Below are positions 37,326-49,730 of a DNA stretch of 64,000 bases, piece by piece (position 1 is the stretch's first letter; each line of letters starts with the position of its first letter). The stretch comes from Octopus sinensis (taxonomy: Eukaryota). Below the pieces are notes generated by a model. That model worked only from the letters and a program-made list of their open reading frames with translations, was not told where the DNA came from and made no database searches. The stretch spans positions 102,424,001 to 102,488,000 of the forward strand of contig NC_043002.1 of assembly GCF_006345805.1 (NCBI RefSeq), written 5' to 3'. Made by a program: the position numbers and the translations under genes.

Positions 37326-39929
37326 TATATTTCGTTTCTCTGAGCAGGGAACCAAGCATCACATTTTCCAGTGAGGTATATTTCAAAAGATAGGGTATGA
37401 TTTCAAGGAGTTTAGACTATTGAAGAATGGCCATGTAGAGTCTTCTTTGATTCTGAAGGAGAGCAACTACAAGTTGTAATGTTGCCTCATTGTTTATTAC
37501 TTACTCCTTAGAGTATTGGAGTAATCGCTGCTAACGAGCTGGATACGGTTACACTTGATAATGGAAATTCTGTCATTAATTTCAGTGTTGTTGTTTGCGT
37601 CGGAGTTCTTAACGTTGATGTTGGTTCTGTTGCTTTCACAGCTAATTATTCTGAGTACTATAACAATTATTGCTACCATTGCTACAGCTCTTGACTATTG
37701 ATGCAGTCAGTGTCACTCTTGTATGGTTGTTCTTGTTGTTTTGAAACCATGAATGTGATACAGTTTTTCTCACTCGTTGTAGGAGGTACACAAAAGTGGA
37801 CTTCCTCTCATCTTTAGCTTCATCTATTGCTGTGATAACCTCCCTGTCAGAGGTCACCCAGGGTGCAATCATCTTTGTTTACTGCTAACCATGCGAATAG
37901 AAAATGACATTTAATTGCCCCTGTTAAAATATTTCTCTCCTCCCGAATTCAAAATACGCTTTGTCGACCTTTAATCCTTGAGATATAAACATGAAATTAT
38001 GGCTTACTTTTATTGCCGTTGTGAAAATAGAAATATTCACTGGCTCAAAGACTAAGAGTCTTCCTTTATCAGGCATAATAATAATGTTTTATATTGAGAC
38101 ATTGAGGCGATCTGATACACATAACATCCAAATGTCTCTGAAATAACAATCTACTGTCTTTACAATTTACTGTACACATTATCTTAGCAGAATTACAGAT
38201 ATGGAGAAATTTTATAGAAAATAGCCCCAAGTGGAGAACATTTGTGTTTTAAACAGAGCTGAGTTGCGCATGTGGTTAAAATCAAAAACAAGATGAATTC
38301 TAGCACGCACAAAATCTTGATATTTTGTGAGCGTAATCATAGAATAATTTAATGTGTTTTAGTCTATGTGATGTGAAACATTGGACACAGCAGCTCTCTT
38401 TGCAGTGTGGGCTTCAAAAGACAAGAATAACATCCTCTATTCTAGAAGGATGCAAATTACGGTAGCTACTCTTCATGTATTCTTCCTCCTTCGCGTCCTC
38501 ATTGTGAGAAATTGACATCTGACAATTTCTATCTCAGCAAACACTCTTCCAAATATTGCCCCGTCTCAGATTGCATGGCATATATTTTTTTTCTTTATGC
38601 CTCTATATTTCACTTTTCCTTTGATAGAGACATTTAATTATTTCGAACAGAGCACAACCGCACCCGATCGCCTTCAAACGAACGACCTTTGTAGTTGTCT
38701 GCTGCGTTGGCGAAAGAGGAATCAGCTTTTGATGTGACGCACATGTGGTTATTGGTGTCGACGAATTTTCTCTTCCTTTCGTTGCTCAAATCGCTGATCA
38801 AATCAGTGTAAGACTTTCTCTAAATGGAAGGGTGTTTAATGTGGTCGTTGTTTGTGTTGCTGCTGTTGATGCTTCTGTTCGTTGTAGTTTTTGACAGATT
38901 AGAGTGTTCCAGAGTGACTAGTAACTGCAATTCTACATTCACCTTCCAAGCTAAGACCAGTGGCGACGCTACTCACCTTGAATGAGATACCGAGGAAGTG
39001 AACGAGACAACAGCAACCCTAAACTTTAGGAAATTTGAGATGGCGACTACAAAAGAGCTGAATTAGTTGTTAGCAATGGTAAGAGAGATTACAAAACCAT
39101 TATCTTCTCTATTTGTTCCTCTATCCAAATCTATACTGATGCTTTTTGAATTTTCCAAACGAATATAACAAAGATGGTTTGAAAAGGTGATAAAAAAGCC
39201 AAGATAAATATTAAAAGAAAACAAATCAACACACATACACACACACATGAATATACGTATGTATATGGAGTATAAAAATGTACCAGAAAATACTGCAAAA
39301 GCTTTAAAATTTAGATATATAAAAAATGAAACAACGGAAATCCGCAAGTTCCGTGGGTGAAGCTACGACTAAAGAAGATTGTTTCATCTCCGAAATTCCA
39401 TTTGCAACAATTTAGCAACATTTTTTTCATCCGAAGGTGATAAAGATTGAAGTACCCTGCACTTAAATCATCTGCTGCCAGTGAGAAGAAAAAGCCACGA
39501 AATATATAAGGTGGCATCACCACCACCATCACCAATATCATCATTATCATTTCATAGATTAAAATGTTGGAACAGGAAAATTCCTTAAATCTTCCTAGGA
39601 CAAGTAACCTTAGATGATACGAAACTGTCTAAGTATCCAAGCTTTGCCTAATAATACTGGTTACTGGAGTTGGTCTATACAAGGTTTATGCCTATTTCTT
39701 CTATCCATAATGCAGCTAAAATTTCAAGGATATATTTAACCCGCATTTTCCATGGCCTCTGTAACGTAATTGACATCTCTCATATTGATTTCCACAATAG
39801 TTGGATCCTGAAAAGTCAGTTGTCTGGCACTTTCTATTCTCTTTGTCTATTAAGGCAGTCGCACACTTTCTATTACTCTGTTAGGCAGAATGATAAGTGT
39901 ACACCAGGTACATGCACCTCAACCACGTG

Positions 39930-40355
39930 CGCGTGACACGGTGATCTCATATCAAGATAAACAGCGTATGACCTTGCAGGTGGGGCCCAGTTAGAATTTT
40001 TTTGAAGTTGATAAACCCATCCCGCTCAAAAGGTCCTGAATAAGGGTTGTTTAAGGATGACGAACAAAACAGCCATGTTTCCAAAGGGGACTTATCCAAT
40101 CCCCAAAGAATTCCTCTCAACACAATGCTATGATGTTCCCCATAACTTCTGCTCGGGTTCAGAGCTGCATATATCGTCAGCCACTAAGATACATGCTCAA
40201 CTGGTTAGGGTGAAACAACTGACCAGCAAGTCTGTGATATTGAGCAGAATATTTGCTGTAGCCCATCTTTTATGTCAACACAAATCAATGAACATAATAC
40301 TTCCAATCAGTTAAGATAAGCCATGAGAGGCACTGCCTGGTACTGCATCAGAGTA
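39930..40355 (+). mobile_element. Retroposon-like interspersed repeat with (ATT)n tail
   Basis: 3' end (GCCCATCTTTTAT...GCCATGAGAG.CACTG.CTGGTACTGCA) recurs at 49273-49378, each time followed by (ATT)n. Confidence 0.6.
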
Positions 40356-40357
40356 TT

Positions 40358-40380
<23 letters not shown>

Positions 40381-40388
<8 letters not shown>

Positions 40389-40584
40389 TCATTCTTGTTA
40401 CGCCCTTATCTCCTGATGCCCCCAAACAGGCTCCAGCAGTGCGTTCGATTGCTCAGAAGATTGTAGGCGAGCTCAGCAAACCAACTTACTCAGAGCGGAA
40501 GAAGCAGCGGTCAAAGAAATCAGATGAGTTGAGAATAACTTTTAGAGGTGCAATTTTATCCTGAGAATTATTTTTATTATCATT

Positions 40585-40615
<31 letters not shown>

Positions 40616-40830
40616 TCATTCTTGTTACGCCCTTATCTCCTGATGCCCCCAAACAGGCTCCAGCAGTGCGTTCGATTGCTCAGAAGATTGTAGGCGAGCT
40701 CAGCAAACCAACTTACTCAGAGCGGAAGAAGCAGCGGTCAAAGAAATCAGATGAGTTGAGAATAACTTTTAGAGGTGCAATTTTATCCTGAGAATTATTT
40801 TTATTATCATTATTATTATTATTATTACTA
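40381..40830 (+). repeat. 227-bp direct tandem duplication bounded by (ATT)n
   Basis: ATTCTTGTTACG at 40391 and 40618; copies essentially identical. Confidence 0.92.
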
Positions 40831-40861
40831 CTACTAATATTACTGTTTTTGTTATAATAAT

Positions 40862-41236
40862 AACCAGCAGCATCGCCCGGCGTTGCTCGGGTTTGTTTCG
40901 AACCCTTTAGAATTAGAATGTTTGAAAAGTAAATATTCTACATTATGTAGCTTGTTATTCTCTTTAAGTGAACATTTTTCTGGTTGAAATACACCGAAAA
41001 ATGGCGACACAGCAGTCAAAACATCGTAAAAAATAGGGATTTTCATAGAAAAAATCCACCTTTTTGATGAAAATAATTTTTGGTGTTAACATGGTCCGAT
41101 TTGAAGAAGAGCAAGCCTTCTATCATACTTTCAATTGTGGTCAACTTGCGCCGCAGGGTCTTGGAGGAGATTGTGTTAGTTGAAGGCTACCAAACCAGCG
41201 ATACACACAAAACTTCAGCTTTATATATAGAGAGAT
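40862..41236 (+). mobile_element. Non-autonomous Helentron-type (HINE/DINE-like) element
   Basis: Start ACCAGCAG..CGCCCGGCGTTGCTCGGG; end AACTTCAGCTTTATATATAGAGAGAT. Confidence 0.65.
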
Positions 41237-41699
41237 AACTGTCAAAATGTTTAAAAAATAATAATCATTATTGTTTTTCTTCTTATTTTCCTTATAGTCA
41301 TCGTTGTTGTTGTTGATATTGTTATTTACGATGCTACCGCTCTTTTTCATTTTCTTTCCTGTTATTTATTCTATTATATCTGTCATCATCACCATCATCG
41401 TCGTTATTAATATTATTATATAATATGTATTTCAGTAAGGTTTGTTATTGCAAGGATGTGAGGATGGTTTTGTAGTGTCATACTCCATGTTATTTTGGTA
41501 GTCATTGTAGCTATTCGTTATTCGATGCTTGTTATCGAGAGATTTCTTGTTGTTTTAGTTGTTTTTGCTACTAGTGTTAATAACATTTCGTTTCTTGTTC
41601 ATGGTGGCGATGTTGCTAGCATTGTTTTGATACGCGTCCATATTAATTCAAGGAGTGAACTTTAAATACAAGGACCCCTATGAGCTTGTCTTCTTACAC

Positions 41700-41704
41700 A
41701 CATA

Positions 41705-41753
<49 letters not shown>

Positions 41754-41837
41754 CACGCAAATATATGCATATATATCCATATACTTTTATATGTTTACAA
41801 TTACAGACGCACACTCACAGACACATATGTACATATA

Positions 41838-41891
<54 letters not shown>

Positions 41892-41922
41892 TCTCTCTCT
41901 ATATATATATTTATATATAGAG

Positions 41923-42021
<99 letters not shown>

Positions 42022-42030
42022 TAAAAAGAC
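41700..42030. repeat. (CA)n/(TA)n/(GACA)n/(GATA)n compound microsatellite
   Basis: Directly visible. Confidence 0.9.
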
Positions 42031-42399
42031 AGATCAAAAGACAGAGAGATGGGTATAGAGTATGAATTAGGAGAGAAACGAAGAGAGACGAGAATGTATA
42101 TTTAAGAATTCGAAGGTCATTACACAGGTAATACAGACAGAACCTATTCTTCCTTGCCAAATTTTACTGTTTTCTGTGAATATTTCTGCTCGATAGATGT
42201 AGAAGATTAATATCCAAATATCCAATCTAAAAATACATACAAATAATTTTACATACATACATCCATTCATACATGTTACAGGTATCTAGGGGTAAATGAA
42301 AACATATCTTGCAATGGCACCTGTAACAAAAACGTATCACTATAGAATATAACAGCCGAATAAAAATACTTCGACTTCTGAACTCTCTGCATTCACTAA

Positions 42400-43600
42400 A
42401 ACAGTGACCCACAATGTGTTTGCAGTAGCAGTACTCATACCAACATTTGGGTCGCTTGATGTGACCCGAGCTATTGATATGAAAACCTAGAAAATACTAA
42501 CAAGCTCACATAATTTCTACATAAACAGTGACGTAGACCGCCTCTACTTAAAACGATAACAAAGCGACAGGGATATAACAGGGACCCAAAATGACTTTGA
42601 ATGTCGTATCATATGCTTTAGGCACCATCTTTTAACCACCAAGGGTCGAAGGGAATCCCTTGACCAAGTTTGCATACACGAGGTTGATAACATTGTAATA
42701 TTTGGAAGGCAGCTCCTTGAGCAAACATCCTAGTGGGATAAGCTAGAATACATGCCCCAAGACGTCGCACGACTCCACCGCAACGTATCGTCCGATCAAA
42801 TGATGAGTCTATATGAAGGCTATAAGCATGGATATGTTGGTAGAAAGTTCTGAGATGAAAGTAACATTGATCATAAAAGCAGTCTATCACGGACCAATAG
42901 CCGGATTACTACCTCCCACTTTGAAGGGTATGTGTTTGCAATTCGAGAACAAGAAATACAAGCCAAATACTTGATGCACAAAAGGGATAGTGATGCAGGA
43001 AAAGCAGTAAAATATGGCAACCGGTGCAGACTTTGTGAAGTTAACACCAAATATACCAGCCACATCATAATCATTTGTCCGAAAATGTCATCACTGTTTT
43101 ATCTACGTATGAGACATGATGATGATGTACCTAGGACACTCTATAATGACAACTGTCGGAAGGATAACCCTGAGGACAAAGAATTAAGCCACAGTATGTT
43201 TCAAGCCATAGACACTCATAATAAAAAGGATTATTGGTGGAATGTCGTAGTGAACTCAATAAAATCTAAACACAACAGACTTGATATAATGGTTTGGGAT
43301 AGAGAAGAGACACTGTGTGCATTTGTGGAAATTAGCTGTCCAGCAGATGTTGACATTAAGCTGAAGATCAGTGAAAAAGAGAACACTTATGCTGAACTAT
43401 TGAGAATTCTGCAGTTACTCTATCCAGATTATAAGTTCAGGTTTATACCTGCAATTATGATTATTTAGGATATCTAACACACTGCCTCAATACGAATCTT
43501 GAGAAATTAGGCTTCTCAGAATCAGAAAGGAGAAAGCTAATTCGAAGACTACGGATCTAATCCATCACTGGAACAGTAAAAATCTGTAAAACTTACCTGA
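42400..43600 (+). mobile_element. R4/Dong-like RLE LINE 3' half
   Basis: NSDVDRLYLKR; CRLC...HIIIICPKMS...RHD (CCHC knuckle); YWWN...KHNRLDI..WD...VEISCPAD..K..EKEN; TGTVKICKTYLKF*. Confidence 0.87.
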
Positions 43601-43698
43601 AATTTGCCATTTAAATATATATCAGCATGTCTATATATACAACTATACGCATGAGAATACATGCATAAGGTATTCATACATACTCTGTTGTTGATATT

Positions 43699-43747
43699 GA
43701 AATTCCGATGAAGGAACCTTGGATCCATGTTAGAAACCGGTTCTTTC
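43699..43747 (+). ncRNA. Hammerhead-like motif (CCGATGA variant) downstream of the RLE LINE stop
   Basis: CCGATGA AG GAACCT-TGGATCC-ATGTTA GAAA CCGG TT CTTTC; palindromic loop III; weak stems. Confidence 0.4.
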
Positions 43748-46176
43748 GCTATGGGCATGAAATCTTGAAATAAACTAAATAATGACATACATGCACGCAC
43801 ACACGCATGCATGCATCCACATGCATGAACACACGCACACACATTCATGCACACATTCATGCACACACAAACACACACACACATACATATGCATCAATAT
43901 ATATATTGTAACTGCATCTGAAGCAACCTATTTAGACGGTGGTTATATGTTGTTGAAAACAGAACGATATAAACAACATCGCATTCACATTATCGAACTC
44001 ATTGCTCTTTGTTTCAGTTCTATTCCGTAGCTTTCTAACTGCAGGCATTGTGGGGTGATAACACTTCATCAGGCGATTTCTTATATATCCTTTACGATAA
44101 ATTAGTAAAATGGCGCATCGGTTTCGGACACACATAAATATCTACACGACTGGAGATATATTAAATATCTATATCTACGCTCCACGTCTCCACTGAAATT
44201 CACGGTTAGTGTTGTATTTCTTAATGAAATAGAACTCCGCAAAACAAAGCTATTTAGAATCTACGTTTGACGAAAACTTATATTCCTATGTTTCTTTGGA
44301 ATGTTATTCTCTGCTAAATAATTAAAGTAGGTGTTATTGCAGTGTAAAACTATTCATAGATCCTAATGTATTTTCGTAACGGTCTATGGTGGCGTATTGG
44401 TAGAGTTTTACCATCGTTAACAGATATACATCCCACAATTTGCTCCCTTTTATTAGAGATCAGAGATCTGCTTTGCCATTCATACATTTTTCGCGGTCAA
44501 TAAAGTAAACACTACTCCAGATCAATGGCGTGGTGAGGTCGTTGAAATGTTTGAGAAAGATTCCTTACTCTATCTGCAGCAATTCTTTGCGTTCTGTCCA
44601 CAGCACTTTCGACGACACAATTCAAATATCATTTGCCTAACTCGGTGGCCTTCTCCTTTCATAAACACCAGTAAGGTGGGGAAGGAAGACATTTGCCTGC
44701 TTGGGAAACTGCCAATCTTCCTCAAAAACCTTACAGAAGCCTACATATGCATGAATAGGTACAGGGTTAACTGGTGTTTGTTAGTTTGCCAATGCCTTGT
44801 CCCTGGATGCTTTCTGTTTACTAAATATATGACTATCTGATCTGACTAACATCGTTTAAAGTAGCATATTTCCTTTGCTGCCTTCGATTTGTATGTTGTG
44901 ATGCCAAGATGACAGGTATTGTCTCGGAATATAAACAGACCGTATTATTCTGTCACGGTTACTAAACCTCTACAGACATCTTTCTAATCGGTTTTCTATC
45001 ACCTCAACATAACATGGCAGACTGACATAACATAAACCCGTGACATTGTTTTTTGTTTTCGTTGTACTTCTTTTTTCTGTTCACCTCCTTCCATCCGTCT
45101 TTGTCTATACAGTTGTCTCTCTGGACAATATAGAGAAATGCGCCGTCTCCATCCTTGTTTTCTTTCGAAATAGAACAAGAAAAATCGATGAGTGCTTGAC
45201 AGAAGAAAACCTCTGCCCTTAATCATTCCAGCTTCTTACGCCCCCGTCACTAAATCTTGGCGAATAGCGTCCTAAATGTGCCAACAATTATGAACAGATG
45301 AAATTATATTAAAAGACTGCATAGCGTTTAGACGGGAGAGTCATATAAGGATGAACCGGTGGCATACTGTCACAGGTACCCGAATGTAACTCAAAACATC
45401 ACAGCTAACATAGTGTCATCAACGAATGAGTATTATTTAACATAGAGTCATTGTAGCTCTCGATGAGTAGCTGGTTAAGGCTATCTAAAATTAGTTAACT
45501 ACGAAACATTTTAGAAAAAAAGCAAATTGTGTTATAATAGTTCCAATTGCTTGGCTTGTGTGCATTGTGAGGACAAGTGTTCGATAAATGGAAAGTTGAT
45601 GACGTCGAAATGCGAACAGAAGGAAAAGGAAAATGGATTAAATATAATATATTCAAGCACGTTTCCAGGTGTTTTTATGACATCCACTGTTATCATGTTA
45701 AGTCTTGACTAGCAGCCGATACGCTGAATAGTTAGTACAACGGGAAAGAAAACCTTTTGCAAACTTCAAATCCTGTTACATTCATCATAAGCTTTTGGTT
45801 GGATTGATAAAATAACTTTATTGATGTACTGGTACAGATATATTCCGTTTGTAATGCTGTATATCTGGTTTATTCATGTAAATCTCTGACTTAGAAACAC
45901 GGATTCGATTTAGTTAGTACTGTCTGTAATTTGAATGTTGGTGAGCATATGAGCCCAACAGCAATGGAATTAATATGAGAAAAGAAATGTTCATAGTTAA
46001 TATCACTTTTCACGTGTATTACTTCCGAGACAAACCGACACACGAAGAAAAGATCTGCAAGCAGGAAAAATTTTATCAGCATGAAATCAAAAAACAGCCC
46101 GTGGATTAAAGCGGATGGGAAACATTAAGCATTAGTCGTAGATTCACTATATTTAGCCACAAAATTAATGGGAAAT

Positions 46177-46410
46177 AAGGCGGCGAATTGGCAGAAACGT
46201 TAGCACGCCGCGCGAAATGCTTAGCCTCATTTCGTCTGCCGTTACGTTCTGAGTTCAAATTCCGCCGAGGTCGACTTTGCCTTTTATCCTTTCGGGGTCG
46301 ATAAATTAAGTACCAGTTTCTCACTGGGGTCGATGTAATCGACTTAATACCTTTGTCTGTCCTTGTGTGTCCCCTCGATGTTTAGCCTCTTGTGGGCAAT
46401 AAAGAAATAA
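46177..46410 (+). mobile_element. Full-length Meta-like SINE
   Basis: GGCGGCGAATTGGCAGAAACGTTAGC head through AATAAAGAAATAA tail. Confidence 0.9.
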
Positions 46411-47499
46411 AAATAATGTGAAATTGCCGTAATGGCATCAAATACTTACTACTCAATCAATACCGAAAAGAAATCTCTAGGTTTCGCAATGTCATAATAT
46501 ATTGAACCCAACACGCTAACCACAAGTACACGATGTCTTAATGTTTTAAACATGAGCAGCGTAAAACACAGCTAAAATGTAGATTTGCGTCCGTTATACT
46601 GCATATAAGACCTTAACTTATTTCATTGAATTCATGTAATTGATACGTTTGACTTGTTTCCGGTATCCATGAATTAACACACTTCATTTAGATTTTATTC
46701 AGCAAAATCACACTTCCAACCGATACTGCGAGTTATGCAACATATTCTACTCAGACACTGTTTAACTTTATGAAACTAACATTGTGCGTATTCTAAAGAA
46801 TACTTTAAAAGTATTTAATAAGGAAACCCAACATTAAATGAATATCATGGAGATATAACAATAAAGAACAGAAAAACGCAGTAGATTACGTATAAGACAA
46901 AGCCATTTTATAATCTCGAGACAAACAACATTGCAAAGACGACAGGAAATCTGTTGCACCTTGTGGTACAGGGAAAAGAACGCATGGATCTACAGGAAAT
47001 AGATATAAAAGATGATGATGATGATATTAATGATAAGTAGTCAATGAAAAGAAGGAGACGAATAAGAAAAGAAAATTCAAAAGAAACAAGAATAAATTAA
47101 TTGCATAAAAACAATTTGAGAAATGAAATGTATTCTTTGTATTTTGATTTTTGTTTGTCATGGTACCAAATTCTACTGTCAACATTTGCAATGGAAAAAT
47201 CAAAAATGCCAATGAAAAAGAGGGAGAAACTGCAAGCTGGTGCTGCTGCAACATGAAATAACAACTGCAGATATGAGACATTTTGAAAGAGAGGGAGGAA
47301 AATACAAATGAAAATTGCAAAACAATAGAACACGAAGGAAAACTAAAATCGCTTTCGTGATGTCAAAATCAATGGTATATCGTCTGGCTTTTGGGTTTAG
47401 TTATGAGAATTAGAGAAATATATATTATGATCAATTTACTGAAATACAATAGTTCTTTTGTGAAGGAGGTAGGAATGTATTAAACGGATATGCATAGAA

Positions 47500-47900
47500 T
47501 GGAGTAGGTGGAATTTAAAATGTGTTATTGAAACAGAACTGGTTTCTGTATTGATCTTTAACTGTTTAGTAGGAATGTGTCGTGCTGCTGTACCCGGCCT
47601 TGCTTATTTTGGTAACAGAGTGGTTATTGTGCTGCGAATAAAGCTGTTTTATTTTGTAGGTAGCTACAGCTGCTGTTTTGGGTAACGTTTAGATTAGCTC
47701 TGACTCACAAGACCTATTATGAAAGTCGTTAGAGCCGTGAATGTTCCTTTATTTTGAATATCCTTGAATATGTTTTCCTATATATAAGATTTTTAAAATG
47801 AGAGTGTTTGGAATAAGGAAATTTTCAGTCCTGTTTCTATAAGATTGACTGTGATATAAGCTTCTTCATTACTTCAAATGACTATTAGCCAGGGAAAAGT
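47500..47900 (-). mobile_element. Possible ancient PLE GIY-YIG remnant
   Basis: LYIGK and FKIKEH in adjacent frames; very degraded. Confidence 0.25.
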
Positions 47901-49038
47901 TTTTGAATAAATCGGAGCATAATTAATACCGGAAACGTTTACTGTAATATCGTTACTGCTGTGATCCAGCGATAGTGGTAAATGCGGTGAAACAGATTAT
48001 ATAAGGGAAAAGATGGCGATCAAGGTTGCAAGGCATACAATTTATTTAAGAGACAAAATACTCGAACAGGGCAAAAAATTCTATTCGGGAACTAGAATAG
48101 CCAAAATAATGTAACTACACATTTCGGTGCCATGAAAAATCTTTCTATATTGTGACAGGTAAGAATCTCTGTTAATCCATCCTGCACATTATATGCTTAA
48201 GGAGGTCGCAAACAAATACATCCCACCAGAGTTACAAACACATATTCAGGCCTACTCTTTCTCTCTCCTTTTCTCGAGTACACACACACATACTACACAC
48301 ACAATATTACTTTTACTTTCCGTTTCTTCACACTTTGGCACACATAACGATATGGAAGGTAGCCTCAAGAGGAATTTCAAGAGAATCATTTCATTTCTAA
48401 GTTATTAAAGATGTTTCTATTCTGGAATACGAATTCACTGGTTGTGAGTTCCAATCCCATGAAGATTTTTGCTCTACCTTTTCTTGAAACAATATCATTT
48501 ATCCTAAAATCATAGTAATTTTTTAATTTTACAACATTTATACGAGATGAGATCTCGGTGTATTATCAGGGACATGAGATTATTACAGGAAATGTTGATT
48601 ACAACGTCGAATAATCAGCTTCACATGCTAATAATAGCCGCCAAATTTTCTCAGATTACATCCTATTTAAAGCAAGAAGAATAATATCTATATTTCCTCA
48701 AGTATGCAAAATTATATAAAAAGATAGGCTGTCATGGCCAGTGCATAATTGGTCGTAAAACGATTCAGAGGAGACGAAGTTTAATGACAAAAGAACAACC
48801 ACAATAAGCCACTAATCTACCCACCAAAAGATCTTTGTAAGAACAAAAGCTGGAACGATAACTGTACAAAATCTAAAATATTGAATGCTGTTGCGAGGAA
48901 TTATCCATGCATTCTATATACACATAAAGCCGGATAAACTGAGTCAGTAATGTCAGTGTTCACAAATATTGCTGGGGCTAATTTTTATATCCATCTAACC
49001 AATATCAATTCAAGTAAATCATTACTTAATTACATCTA

Positions 49039-49272
49039 TTGAAATATATTATCTCATTCCAGTCATACGACTTAACTCGTTTTAATGTTTACTCCACAAA
49101 AGTTGCAGAGCTGGCGGAAAAGTTAGCAGTGATAAACTTTTCTTTCATCTCTCTGTGCAAGATGTTGTCCAACTCCATGAGCCCAAGGTACTTGCCCCCA
49201 TCATCACCCGGGTCTTCCATTCTCTCAACGTTTGTTAATTCCATGCCCCTACAATATACGCTTTTCTCCTGC
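49039..49272 (-). mobile_element. R4/Dong-like RT fragment
   Basis: GMELTNVERM...GKYLGLMELDNILHREMKEK (cf. YKYLGILE.D.I...MKE). Confidence 0.6.
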
Positions 49273-49479
49273 TGTTGCCCATCTTTTATACCAAGACAAA
49301 TCAATTTACATCATAACACTCCCATCAGTTAAGATCAGAAGCCATGAGAGCCACTGACTGGTACTGCACCGGGGCATTTATTATTATTGCTTTTACTACT
49401 ACTATTGTTGTTACTACTATTATTATTATTGTTGTTGTTGCTGTTATCGTCATCATCGTTATTGTTGTTATCATTTACT

Positions 49480-49730
49480 TTAATTCTACTAGTTTCTTAC
49501 AATCACTCGGCCAAGTGACGGATAAAAGATGTACAGTAAATCTTGGGAAAGCGAAGTGTAGCGAAACATCATGTAATGCATCATATACATTTAAACTGAT
49601 AAGGTTTTTTCTAAGGAAGTGGGCAGTACTTGTCAGCACATGATTTTGGATTTCTCTGAGACATGAGTCTCCTGGGATACTGTCTACATGTTTCTGACAC
49701 CCCTTTCTTATCATACTACAATAACAGGAA
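49480..49730 (-). mobile_element. R4/Dong-like C-terminus plus 3' UTR with (AAC/AAT)n tail
   Basis: MIRKGCQKHVDSIPGDSCLREIQNHVLTSTAHFLRK. Confidence 0.7.

Noticed and set aside
44050-44130. GAAAC...CTGATGA on the minus strand as a type II hammerhead
   Set aside because: Stem II does not pair and there is no NUH triplet.
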